NCBI RefSeq assembly: GCF_001194135.2
Contig: NC_068989.1
Location: 28,279,124 to 28,315,659, forward strand
From: Octopus bimaculoides
Lineage: Eukaryota
Length of the DNA: 36,536 nt
Direction: 5' to 3'
Shown: piece by piece, positions 13,818 to 24,770 of the stretch
Layout: every line of letters starts with the position of its first letter
Position numbering within the stretch: position 1 is the stretch's first letter
The notes under the pieces: model-generated
The model's database searches: none
What the model saw: only the letters and a program-made list of their open reading frames with translations
Told to the model about the DNA's origin: nothing
Made by a program: the position numbers and the translations under genes

Positions 13818-14078
13818 TATAATAAAGGCACAAACAAACAAGTGACACAGAAGGTCACCAAATTCTCATTAGTTATCGGCCAGAGGGTCAAACGCAATTT
13901 CATACCTTAACGATAATATTGAATTTCGCAGTCTCTCTATTAATCCTCCAGGATAGGATTTTCCTCTTGGCAACACTGTCGTGAAAGCACGAAATTATGT
14001 TTGATCCACTGGCCAATAACTGATGAGGATTTGGTGACATTCTGTGTCTGTTCCCTATTTGCTTGTGCATTTATTATA
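13818..14078. mobile_element. Foldback/MITE-like element with ~90-bp terminal inverted repeats
   Basis: Left arm 13818-13905 and right arm 13987-14078 align as reverse complements with 73/88 matches plus one 4-nt gap; spacer 81 bp; both ends read TATAATAAA inward. Confidence 0.8.
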
Positions 14079-14161
14079 TTATTTAATGCAATGCTACGTA
14101 CGGTTATTTTTTAGAAGTGATTTGATATATATATATAGGAATATATATATATTCTTTTTTT

Positions 14162-14310
14162 CTTTTCTTTTTACTTCTTTTAATCATTCGGCTGCAGTTA
14201 TGCTGGAGCACCAACATTAGCCGAGCAAATCGACCCCAGGACTTATTCTTTGTAAGTCTAGTACTTATTCTATTGTCTTCTCTTGCCGAATCGGTAGGTT
14301 ACGAGGACGT
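14162..14310 (-). mobile_element. 3' half of a second SINE family (CORE-type), ending at a 10-N gap
   Basis: Reverse complement is homologous to 33310-33490 (acgtccccgtaacttagcggttcggcaa...tagaataagtact...aaagaataag). Confidence 0.8.
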
Positions 14311-14981
14311 NNNNNNNNNNATATATATATATATATATACACATATACATACATGTGCTTATGTGTGTTGAGGACGCCTGCTGGGAATAGGATCAAACCA
14401 AAGAACTATACTTCCTATTCTCACTCTGCATACTCAAATATGAAAATAAGTCCATCATCACACGCACCACCATCTTCCTATAACTATTTATGCGCTCATA
14501 GTTGCATGATTTTCGAAAATAGTGGAGTGGTCTTGAGCTATGCCGTATTTGTCTCCATACCGGTATATTTTGAAGATTTTTATGCTTCATCTTATATTCG
14601 GATGGCATCATTCAAAAGTTAAACATTACGAGGAAGTCCATGGTAACCAGCAATGTACAACATCTGATTGCCTGGTCCACACAGTTTCTTTAGAGAGGAT
14701 ACCGAAATAATAATTTTAGTGACAATAAAATGTTAACTTTTGCGGTTACTCTTTCTTGACGGCATAGATAAAAAGAACCGAATCAGATAACCTTTGTCTC
14801 GGCTCACGCTTAAGCTGTATATTGTTGGCTAGTACGCATAATTTTTTTAATGACTTTGAAATTCTCCCGACATTTAAAATTATTGAAAAATATTTTGGTC
14901 TACATATGTATCGTTGAACAATGAAAGTAGTGTTGCAAAAATAATAAAGGTACTAGCTATGTCATTTGCAATTTCTTTTAA

Positions 14982-15355
14982 TCATGATTCATTGTAACCG
15001 CGTTTGACATAATGGCGTACAAAAGCATTGGCATGTTTCCAATACTCCCCTATGTCAGTACAAATATGTTTTATCCTCAAAAACTGGGATTTTGGATTTG
15101 ATTTAATAATTGTATTATGTGGATGATCAGAGCGGCAGTGAAGGTAAATGTCAAATGACGCGGATTTACAAAATAAATCTGTCACTATTCGACCGACTGA
15201 AAACTTAACTTTTATGTCTAAAAATTCAACAGTACTAGGTTTTGAAGAACTAAACGAGAATTTTTTAGCCATAGTTCTTTTTTATTTTGCAAAAGCGTCA
15301 CGAAATGCAGGAGATTAACTAAACTACTCTGTGATCTTTCAGAAGCAAAAATGGA

Positions 15356-15356
<1 letters not shown>
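14982..15356 (-). mobile_element. Penelope-like element (PLE) reverse transcriptase C-terminal fragment
   Basis: ORF 14982..15272: VEFLDIKV...TDLFCKS...YLHCRSDHP...PKSQFLRIKHICTD...HYVKRGY matches the PLE signature FLD...T.LY.KPT...YLH..S.HP...SQ.LR.RRIC...RGY. 5'-truncated at the (AAT)n tract; no GIY-YIG domain recognised downstream. Confidence 0.85.
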
Positions 15357-15423
<67 letters not shown>

Positions 15424-15436
15424 TGATGATGATGAT
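15357..15436 (+). repeat. (AAT)~21(GAT)5 microsatellite between the PLE fragment and the Tx1 3' end
   Basis: Direct reading; explains the poly-Ile ORF 15218..15451. Confidence 0.98.
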
Positions 15437-15504
15437 TTCTTTATTAACCACTAGTGTTTACATAAAAAAAAACATTATGGACAACACAGGACAAATGCAA
15501 TGTG

Positions 15505-18100
15505 GAGTTACATGATAGCCGAATCCGTTCTACGCATGGAAATAACTGTTCGACGAAGCTCCACAAGTCAGCAATGAGCACACACTGTACTAGTGCATAC
15601 GGAACGGTTTCCTCGTTCCGCATTCACCTCGGACAAGACCGTCTGACAGCACGAACCAGCAGCGCCCCCCCCCCCCGGTAGCACTGCTCAAGCCAGAGAT
15701 TTCGGGAAATTATCCATAGGCCCCGATCCGAAAGTCCTCCGGAAGAGACCGGCCAGTTGATCGCTCTCAAAGCCCAGAGTCTCTCATAGATCATCGTCGC
15801 TCTTGCCTTCCACTAATCTTCTATAGAACTCCAAAGTAGAACGTCCACTGACCGTACTGCCCGAGGGATTTGAGCGCTTGGTGACATTCTAGGTGTCAAA
15901 CGCCCTGTCTCGGTCTTCGCCTGAGGTCTTCGCCTGAGGTCTCCGTCAAGGAGACAAGCTGCGGAAAAGCGTGTCTAACAAACGGCCATCACACTTGCTC
16001 ACTGCTGAGATATCGCTGGAGATGTCGCAGCCTCGGCGCATGTCGCAGTGCTAAGGTATCGCTGGAGATTTTGCAGCTGCAGTGCATGTCTGCACATCAT
16101 CAGCCGCAGCAAGCCCAGTCCTCCACGCAACGCGTGCTGACAGCAAATGGACCGTCTGACAAGCGGTACCCTTCCCTTCCACAAGAAGCAGAAGAGCAAG
16201 TGCATCAGCCTGTTTTCTCCTAGTTAATCATTGTTCCTGTCACCGCTTCGTATTCCCTTAGGATGGTGCCGGTCATCTCTATTTCAGAGACATCCGAGAC
16301 TATCACGGTGACATCATCCGCATACGACATCGTCGACGAACGGGCGATGCTAAACGATTCCGACAGATGGCCATTTACTTTGACCACCGAATAGATGTTG
16401 CTGTACATTGCAGCCATCCAGCCTCTGAAAACGGGACCAAAAGCCAGCCGCCATAAGTGCAGCCTTCAAGTACCGATGGTCGGTCCTATCGAAGTCTTTC
16501 GACTGATCCAAATTGATTAGGTCCCCACCCATGCCAGGTTCCTTACCAACTCTCTCTATGATGTATCGCGTGATGTGGAGGTTGTCGCGGATAGATCTGT
16601 TGGGGATAGCGCAAGTCTACACATCAACCATCAGTTTGGCCACAAGCGCCAACCTCTTTGCTAACACCTTGGCCAAAATTTTGTAATTTGCATTTAGCAG
16701 AGTTACAAGCCTAAAGTTATCAACAATGTTCCCCTTGTTCGAACCCTTTCTCAGTAGCGCACCACACCTTGGCTCGCACATCTGGGGATTCTCTTGTTCT
16801 GTTGCCAGTTGCGATAGACATCTACCAACATCTCACCGAACATGTCTGGCATATGAATATATAGTTCGAAGGGCAGACCATCCAATCCCGAGACGTCTCC
16901 CACGTGCAACTGTCTAGTGTGTCACGTATACCTTCTGTTGTTATCGACATTTCGCAGAACTCCACATTCCTGGCCGAAAGCCGCGAACCACCGCGAGCCT
17001 CGTACAGTTCAGCAAAGTGCCGCTGAAATTCCATACAAATCTGCATGCACCCATCCTGACCCATCAAAGACCAAATTGTGGTTTTCTTGCCACGTTGCGC
17101 CTCGCCTACTCGGGCCCATCGAACGGTTTTCATTCCCTAGTGTCTTAGAGCACTAGCCTAGCTCTGACAATGCAACCTGTGGAAGAATTGGTTAAGAACC
17201 AAACTCGCTGCCAGCACGTCGGTCGCTGTGTCACTACTGAGTGCGTCTTTTAATTTCCTAACTAGTTCTCCTTCTACCCTAGTATTTTCTATCACTAATT
17301 CCCTGCTAGATCCTACTGCTTCTACTCTAACCGCCTATTTTAGGGCTGCCCACCATTGGTTGTTGATGACTGCACCTGTCCATTTTCGATGGACTAACTT
17401 ACTAATCCGGTACCCGGGGCCCTGCCTATGGAGCTTAGCTAGGTCGACCATACAGATCACAAATTTGTGGTCCGCATAGCAGACAACTTCATAATTGTGG
17501 ACAACCTATGCTATCCTTATATGCTGGCCGACAAAATACCCTATCTATTTGCCCACGTCTACATTGAAGTATTTGGGAAATTCAGTCTGAGCTTGTCTGC
17601 CAATCGGAAACGACTGAGTATGTTTGCGAGGTTTGCGCACCCCTCATTCCTGTAGGCTAAACCCACCCAATTCACACGTGTATCCAAGATGGCGTCCAGT
17701 CGCCTACTAACACTAAGACGTCCCAAGAAAGACTTTCAAGTATCTAAAGAAATCCGGCTGTCCCACTCCGGTCAGTGCATACACAGCGACCAGTCACGTT
17801 ATCATTCACGTCCAGGACCACCATCCAACATTCCGGGTCCAGGAAGACCGACCGTATCTCGAGATCCAGGCCTTTTCTTAACAACACCGCCACCCCACCC
17901 ACCATTCTCAGTCGACTAAGAGATGCAAAGATCTCATAATCATCGAAAATTAGCTCTAAGACGCGCGTGTCCGAGATCCTAGTCTCACTGGTAGCTATTA
18001 CGTCAAATTTTTGTCACCTGAGGTCAGTGAGCAAGCGACGTTGCTTCCATGACGATTCCAGGCCGCGTACATTTATACTGCTTACTCTAAGCAATACCAT
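15505..18100 (-). pseudogene. Tx1-type ORF2 pseudogene (AP endonuclease, reverse transcriptase, C-terminal Zn-finger remnant)
   Basis: Manual translation from ATG 18100: MVLLRVSSINVRGL...ATSETR...GGVAVLL...LVGDW (APE), YADHKFV...RQGPGY, then LINLDQSKDFDRTDHRYL, VKVNGHLSESFSIAR, SYADD, LWKGRVPLVRRSICCQ...GGLG, and ETV..ALVQC. Stops, frameshifts and internal deletions near 16336 and 16205. Confidence 0.92.
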
Positions 18101-18170
18101 ATTGGACGATGGGAATGTATGAAAGTAGGAGAGAGTCACTTACCAAAGCTTTGTAGGGGGGTGGGTGTGC

Positions 18171-20120
18171 CTACTCCGTCCCTATCGTTAGATGTGGGTT
18201 TTTCCCCAGCGGTTCCTTGTAAAATCTGATATTAAGGTCCTTTTGAAAGTCTCCTACAAACTGGAGATACCTAGATTTCAAAATTTTGTAGTCACTCTGA
18301 ATAGTTTTGAATATTTTCATGTGTGCGGGTATAATTGTGGTTGGTGTGACATAATTGGATTCATTAATATCCATGTGTTTGTGGATGTGTTCTATTCGTT
18401 ATTTTTTTGTGCTTATAGCCGTGAGATTTATAATGTCTAGTTTATGATCTTTTGGGGGAATGCAGTCCATCAGTTGTGTATGTAGGCTATGTTGTGTTTG
18501 TGATGGTTGTAGAGGTTGTGGTGGTAGTGCCGGGGATGATGTTATTGTTGCCTGTGTGTGTAGGTGAGTTTATACATGGTGTGCTGTTGTTACTGTTCGT
18601 TCCCTCCTCCATTTTCTCGTACCTGTCTGTTCGTCTTTGGTTATCGTTTATGCTCTTCCGTCTTTTCCTTCCTTTTCGTGTCACTGTTTGCCATGCCTGT
18701 CCCTCCTTATTGCCGTCGTTTTCGTCGTCCAAATGGGAGAGGGTTATTTCTTCTACAGGTATTTGTTTTACTATTGGCCTTGTTAATGGTGTTGTCATTA
18801 TTTTTGGTGGGGAGTTTTCTGTTTCTGCCGTTATTGTTGCTGTTTGTGATGCAGTTGTTGCTACTGCTGCTGCTGGTGGGCATTCTGTTTGACGATATGC
18901 AATTGCTTCCTCTTCAGTCGTTGTTGTAGCTGCAGCTGCTGCCAGCGCTGTAGTGGTTTTGTGAATGCTATTGTGCCCAGTTGTCTCTGTCGGTGCCGTT
19001 ATTTGTTTCTGCTGTTGGTGATGTTGATGCTGCTGCTGCTGCCCTTGTTGTGGTGTCTGTTGTTGTTGTAGTTGTAGTGGTGTTAGTGGTTGCTGCGGCT
19101 ATGTTTCCCCCCCTTTCCTTCTTTCCTGGTGTGACCTGAATCGCCACAGAAGTAACATCCCGGTCTCCTTCCTTCCACGATCACCCGCAGATGCTGGCCT
19201 CCAGGGATTTCTATTAGGTCGGGAATTTTCTCTACAGTTTCTGGTTTTACTTGCAGTAGAATTTCCAACCTTATTCCAAACCAGTTATTTTGGGATTTTT
19301 GGATTTCTAGGGGGTTTCTAGGATCTTCCAGCACCATAGCTTTTACTACCCAGCAGAAATTGATTTCTGGTGCTGTTACTTCTTTTCATTCGAATCACCC
19401 TCTGTCCCAGATAGATGGAAATTAAAATGAACTCCCCCATTTTTAATAAGATAGTTGAGTGATTTTGTGCTAGTGATCCCGACTGGAATATGACCTTGAT
19501 GTAGCCGAATTTTGGGGCGTGGCAGACAAAGCTGACATCTCCCCATATACTTTTGAGGAGGAGCTCAGCTTGATTTGATGATATTTTTTCCAGTCTTATT
19601 TTCATGGACAGACATCTGTACATTATTGTTTTTGTGTTTTTTCGGTTGCATCTAGCAGCTTTTGAAGCACATTTAGTGTGGCCTTTCTTTCTTCGCATCT
19701 TATAATCTTCTCAGCTTCCTTTAAATGTTCTTTCTAACGACATACTTTCAAACTTATTTGTATCTTTTGCGAAGGAAACTTTATTTTTATTTGAACCTCC
19801 TCTTTCTTTGTTCGAAATTTTACTGATTTGTGTGGTGGTCGTAGTGGTGGTCGTAGTGGTGGTCGTAGTGATATTTTCCTTGCACAATTGGCTGCTGTCA
19901 GTTATATTTCTTGCTTCCTTGATCGAATTCTCATTACTCCTGACACTTCCACTGTGGTTGCTGTTGTTGTTGTCATTGCTGTTGCTACTCCTCTTGCTAC
20001 TACCACTATCATTTACACCTAGAGTGAGTGGGGCATGTGACGGCAAAAGACAATTTCGCGTTCTACATCTCCTCCTACTTCCCTCACTTGTTGACTCGCT
20101 GAGAAAGACGATGACGCCAT
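18171..20120 (-). pseudogene. Tx1-type ORF1 (gag-like) pseudogene with degenerate zinc knuckle and long low-complexity T/N/S/A linkers
   Basis: ATG 20120 (MASSSFS...) and frameshifted segments 19711..20046, 19318..19698, 19083..19337 (LRVIVEGRRPGCYFCGDSGHTRKEG, a C-x2-C-x4-H-x4-[C>G] knuckle), 18487..18798 (basic RKGRKRRK) and 18171..18374. Confidence 0.8.
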
Positions 20121-20658
20121 ATTAAATTTTGCAAATTTTGAAAGGAAAATAAATCTATCTTTTCGAGTGATTTTTGCTCCATGTGGCAAAAAAAAAATAC
20201 TACTGTTAATCAGACCAATATGGTTTAGATTAACTTAATCGCAAGTTATTGCAATAAAATGTAACAATAACAATCTTTTTAGAGGTAAACACGCTCCGAA
20301 ATACACGTCCAGCTCTGGCACCAATAATAGTAATAATAGTTTTGCCACAGGACCCATTTATAAGTACAACTGATTTGTTTTTAAGTGGATACAAAAGTGT
20401 ATTGGTAAGTGTACGATAAACTTTTATAACGAGGAGATGGGCAGTGATGTTATACAATATACCTATGCATTAAAATCTTATATTACATAAATATATATTC
20501 ACGGTGGTGCACCAGCATGACCGCAGCCACTTGGCTGAAACACATAAATAAATAAATAAATAAAATACACAGAATAATTAGTTTATATGAAACAGTTATC
20601 AATTTCTCCACTCATTCGTTCGTTTGACAAAATATTTGTTGTCATTATTAATTGTGTC

Positions 20659-20774
20659 AGCAAGCCTTTCATTCTTTTGGGGTCGATATAGTAAGTACCA
20701 GCTGACTACTGGGGTTGATGTAATTGAATATCTCCCTTTCCCAAATGTCAGGCCTTTTGCCTATAGTAGAAAGT
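20659..20774 (+). mobile_element. 5'-truncated tRNA-SINE with 15-bp target-site duplication
   Basis: SINE 3' body (gcctttcattcttttggggtcgat...ggccttttgcctatagtagaaagt) flanked by ATTATTAATTGTGTC at 20644-20658 and 20775-20789. Confidence 0.92.
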
Positions 20775-21214
20775 ATTATTAATTGTGTCGTTGAAATAGC
20801 CCACAATAATGTTATTTTTTGTGAGAAAATTGCTATTTTTTACCTGTGAAATACGTGTATTCGCTGACGAACGGGATTTTTTTTCTTTCAGTTTTAAATG
20901 TTCGTTTTTCTTGGAGAGCGTTGCCGCATTGAGGGTCCATATCATTAATAATTTTTTTTTCCTCTTTTTGGTTCGTAAATTAAACTGTTTTTCTCTAAAA
21001 CTAGGAAAAGAAAAATATGAAATAACTTCCTAAGTCTTTATGTAGTAAAAATCCAAGATGAGGAAAACAAATAGAAAACATGTCCTACGACAGCTAAGAA
21101 GTAATAACATCAGAATATGGGTATAGATTTGTAGAGAGTAAGAGCAATTGATTGTAGCAATCTCTGGATATAAGCAGTTTTTAAATGTTATTTACGACTA
21201 AAGAAAGTTGGATA

Positions 21215-21404
21215 GGCGGCGAGCTGGCAGAAACGTTAGCACGGCGGACGATATGCTTAGCGATATTTCGTCTGCCGCTACGTTCTGAGTTCAAATTCCG
21301 CCGAGATCGACTTTGCCTTTCGGGGTCGATAAATTAAGTACCAGTTACGCACTGGGTCGATGTAATCGACTTAATGTTTAGCCCCTTGTGGGCAGTAAAG
21401 AAAT
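21215..21404 (+). mobile_element. Full-length tRNA-SINE with 14-bp target-site duplication
   Basis: ggcggcgagctggcagaaacgttagc...gagttcaaattcc...gccccttgtgggcagtaaagaaat flanked by AAGAAAGTTGGATA at 21201-21214 and 21405-21418. Confidence 0.95.
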
Positions 21405-21649
21405 AAGAAAGTTGGATACTGTGGATAAAATAAGACACTTATCACTCTATTCATAGCGATTGACTTAAATCGGTTAAATTTCTCTTCTGTAAATGCATTT
21501 GATAAATACAACGCATTTGAAAAACCATTAATAGCAGCAATGATTATTTTAGATTTATTGTGGACATGGTTATAGAAGCCAATCTGCTAATGATATAAAG
21601 CCTTCCAACCTAAGCCCAATGCTACGCATGATAAAACTAGCAAAAACAT

Positions 21650-21867
21650 TACTCCAAAAGGAGGAAAGGAAATCTAGACAGGATTCAAACTCAGCAGCTA
21701 ATTTTTTTGCAACTAAATACCGCAAAGCATTTAGTTCGGTATTTTAATGTTTCTGCCATTCTGATAATAATAATAATAATTTCAACTCGGAACGAAGCGG
21801 CAATTGAAATACCGCTAAGCATTTCGCCCGGTGTGCTAACAATTCTGCCTTAGTAATAATAATAATG

Positions 21868-21906
<39 letters not shown>

Positions 21907-21962
21907 GTTTCAAATTTGGCAGCAATTTTGGAGGAGCAGGATGAGTCGATAACATCGACCCC
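21650..21962 (-). mobile_element. Head-to-tail cluster of three SINE fragments separated by (ATT)n tails
   Basis: On the minus strand: a SINE 3' end (21962-21905), (ATT)n, a SINE head (21852-21778), short (ATT)n, then an older SINE head/body (21760-21650) with gagtttgaatcc B-box. Confidence 0.8.
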
Positions 21963-22230
21963 TTTGAACGGCACATCGAGAAATTAATTTTTTGTAACTA
22001 AACACTTTCAAACTTCGGACACTGGTAGAATGTGTCATATAAAACATCTTTTACTCTTAGTGCTGTTGGGAAAATTTTGTATTTTCAAAGTTATTTCGTG
22101 TTAAAGTTGTCGTAACCAATCAATGACGTGTATTCAGCTGAATAAAATTACTACTGTTGTTTGTCAACAACTTCCGGCGGTGAATATTTCGTTTGTCACT
22201 GTTATTTATGACATAATTCATCTGTTACGT
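21959..22230 (+). mobile_element. Probable arm of a non-autonomous DNA element starting CCCTTTGAACGGCA, interrupting the SINE
   Basis: Abrupt switch out of SINE sequence at gtcgataacatcgacc|cctttgaacggca. I recall this as a common octopus repeat associated with (CCCTAA)n cores; no matching opposite arm is visible in this window. Confidence 0.45.
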
Positions 22231-22395
22231 TTGTATGAATAAACGAGTGTATCTGAAGCATGTTTACTTCATGGCACCACCACAATTGTTCGTGCATTTC
22301 TACTGCTTTTTTTTTCCTGTTTTTCAGCTACTATTTTCAGATAGACATTTTTGCCCCCCTCCCCCTCCAATTTCTTCATTTTTCACATTTTTCCG

Positions 22396-22609
22396 TAACT
22401 CTAACCCTAAAATCTCAACCCTAACCCTAAAAACCCAACCTTAACCCTAACCGTAACCCTAAAATCTTAACCTTAACCCTAAAACCCCAACCCTAACCCT
22501 AAAACCCTAACCCTAACCCTAATTCTAAAACCCTAACCCTAATCCTAAAACCCTAACCCTAACCCTAAAACCCTAACCCTAAAACCCTAACCCTAAAACC
22601 CTAACCTAA
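22396..22609 (+). repeat. Interstitial telomere-like array (CCCTAA)n interleaved with CCCTAAAA variants
   Basis: Direct reading; ~214 bp, degenerate on the left and regular on the right. Confidence 0.97.
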
Positions 22610-22847
22610 GTGGGTTTGAAGTCCGTCGAATATGTGCAAGGTCACTACGGAGTCCACGACTATGAGAAATCCTTATTATAGCATACTGTATAGTGGCACT
22701 ATCATATCATGAACTAACACAGTAATTAACTTGAATTTCATAATTTAAAATAATTCATAAATGAACATAGATTACCGAAATAATTGACAAAATCATGAAA
22801 AATATTCTTTTATACGCCACTAATTGAATGTTTGTTTTTATCAACAG

Positions 22848-23042
22848 AAAGAACCAAACACTTATTATAGTAGTTTCGCTTGCCTCCCTTGTGCGCCAGG
22901 CTGCGAGACATGTGTTGATGGAAGTCCATGCATTTTAGCACTTAACTGGGTTCTGAGAAGCATTGTTCTAGGAATTGCAGGATTAATCATGTGCTGTATT
23001 CCGATATTAATCTGGTTTACAGTGCAATATCGAGAGGTCAAG
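22848..23042 (+). CDS. Internal coding exon (195 nt, 65 aa, phase 0-0) of the GPR158/179-like GPCR; end of Cys-rich stalk, TM1 and start of ICL1
   Basis: Acceptor tgtttgtttttatcaacAG and donor AAG|GTAAGA (23043). Encodes KEPNTYYSSFACLPCAPGCETCVDGSPCILALNWVLRSIVLGIAGLIMCCIPILIWFTVQYREVK: the CLPC-x2-GC-x2-C-x-D-x-SPC motif followed by a hydrophobic helix, as in GPR158. Lies inside ORF 22824..23051. Confidence 0.93.
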
Positions 23043-23161
23043 GTAAGATAATTTTTCATTGTTAAATTAACCAAGCTTTCTGGTTTCAGTCATTGGACTC
23101 CGGTGGTACAGGATCACCATCTTCGACAGAACTTACTTGATCACATCAACCACAGTACGGA

Positions 23162-23185
23162 TTTTCTCTCTCTTTCTCTCTCTCC

Positions 23186-23230
<45 letters not shown>

Positions 23231-23356
23231 CATCTTTCTCTCTTCCACTATTTCTAATTTCTATCAATCTTTCTCCCTCTTTCTTTTACACACTCATACA
23301 CACACATATCTACATACATACATACATACATATACATATGTGTGTGCGTATGTGTG
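23162..23356 (+). repeat. (CT)n then (CA)/(CATA)n/(TG)n compound microsatellite downstream of the second exon
   Basis: Direct reading. Confidence 0.93.
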
Positions 23357-24599
23357 TTGGGTCTTCCCATAAATAATGCGGTTTTTTTATACTTTATTTT
23401 TCAAAATTAAGATAAACTAAGTTATTTTTTAATCTAAAATATACTCTCCTTCATTTCCTACTGTGCTCTTCCATTTATCTGGTAGGCTTCCAATGCCCCT
23501 CTTCCAAAATTCATTTGTCCGTGATGAAAAATACTCCTCCAGCATTGTTCTGATCCCATCTACAGTATTCATATTTTTTCTATCCAAATGATTTTGAAAA
23601 CTGCGGAATAAATTATAATCAGATGGGGCAATGTCTGGCGATTGTGGTGGGTGAGACATCGAGCTGTATGTGGACGAACGTTATCCTGATGGAAGACCAC
23701 CTTTCCTCTTGAAACCAAAGATGGTTGTTTTTCTTCTAGCGCTGACTTAAGCCACCCAAGATGCTCCCAGTAGATCTCCTTTGCTATCATATGATTTGGG
23801 CTTAAAAGTTCCAAGTGAACTAAACTTTTCACATCCCACCAAAAACATAACAACACCTTAAGTGGGTGAAGACCTTCTTTAGCTTGGGATGCCGGTGTTT
23901 CTCCTTTCCCTGCCCACTGTCTTCCGTGCTTGACTTCTTTATAGAGAAGCCATTTCTCGTTGCCTGTCACTATTCAGTCCCAAAAAGGCTCATTCGTGAG
24001 ACGTGGCTACAAAGAAGAGCACACATTCACTCTCTGCGCGTAATTATACTCGGAAAGTTTGTGAGGAACACCTTGACCCAATTTGCTGACTTTTCTGATG
24101 GTACGAAGTGTGGAGGAATGGTCGAATGATCAGATACAAGCTTCTCTGCTACTTCCTCAACCGTTACGATGGGATTTTGTTCCACCAGGGTTTGCAGGAC
24201 GTCCTCATCGAGAGCTACAGATTTTCCAGGACGAGATTCGTCTTCTAGGCTGTAGTTTCCGGCTCGGAATTTCTGGAACCACCGGTGATACTGGCTTATG
24301 CTTATTGTCCGATCCCCATATACCGCATTAATATTCCTCACACATTTCGTTGAGTTGTTGCCTCTATTGAAATCATTAAAAAAAATATACTGAATATGCC
24401 CCTTTGTCATTTCCATTATAGCTTTGAAAAAATAACTGTTAACATCAAACTGCACTCTTCAAAACTTCCACTAAGAATAAGGCTAAGGTTAAAATTACTA
24501 CCTACTTTTATAGCAAGTTAATGCAGGTAGTTTATCCCGTCCCCCTCCGACTTATAGTTCATGCAGTTGAAAAAACCGCATTATTTATGGGATGATATC
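23357..24599 (-). mobile_element. Full-length (~1.24 kb) decayed mariner with both TIRs
   Basis: TIR core CCCATAAATAATGCGGTTTTTT at ~23366-23387 and its complement at ~24570-24591. Transposase pseudogene from ATG 24416 (MEMTKGHI...WFQKFRAGNYSLED) via TGNEKW, FHQDNV and HPPQSPDIAPSDYNLF to a stop at 23429, with frameshifts. Confidence 0.97.
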
Positions 24600-24617
24600 T
24601 ATCTATCTATCTATCTA

Positions 24618-24650
<33 letters not shown>

Positions 24651-24672
24651 CAGACATACATACATACATACA

Positions 24673-24704
<32 letters not shown>

Positions 24705-24734
24705 CATGCATACACACAAACAATACACACACAT

Positions 24735-24770
<36 letters not shown>
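24596..24770 (+). repeat. Compound microsatellite (TATC)n(GATA)n(CATA)n(CA)n(TA)n
   Basis: Direct reading; abuts the mariner TIR. Confidence 0.97.

Larger units (their letters stand above)
15437..20130 (-). mobile_element. Near full-length decayed Tx1/L1-clade non-LTR retrotransposon (ORF1 + APE-RT ORF2)
   Basis: ORF1-like pieces, then a ~70-bp spacer, then ORF2 pieces in collinear order; AATAAA at 15445-15440 on the minus strand followed by an (ATC)n(ATT)n tract. No TSD found. Confidence 0.88.

Noticed and set aside
17455-17472. DHKFV endonuclease-like motif readable on both strands
   Set aside because: CAC AAA TTT GTG is intrinsically palindromic; only the minus strand has the surrounding APE context.
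20230-20457. ORF with INGSCGKT resembling a Walker A motif
   Set aside because: The spacing does not fit GxxxxGK[T/S], and there are no downstream helicase motifs or splice support.
23950-23965. First catalytic Asp changed to Asn in two different mariners (TGNEKW here, TGNEIW near 5000)
   Set aside because: Here it is explained by CpG decay (ggC Gac to ggc aac), and both copies carry many other lesions, so there is no sign of selection.
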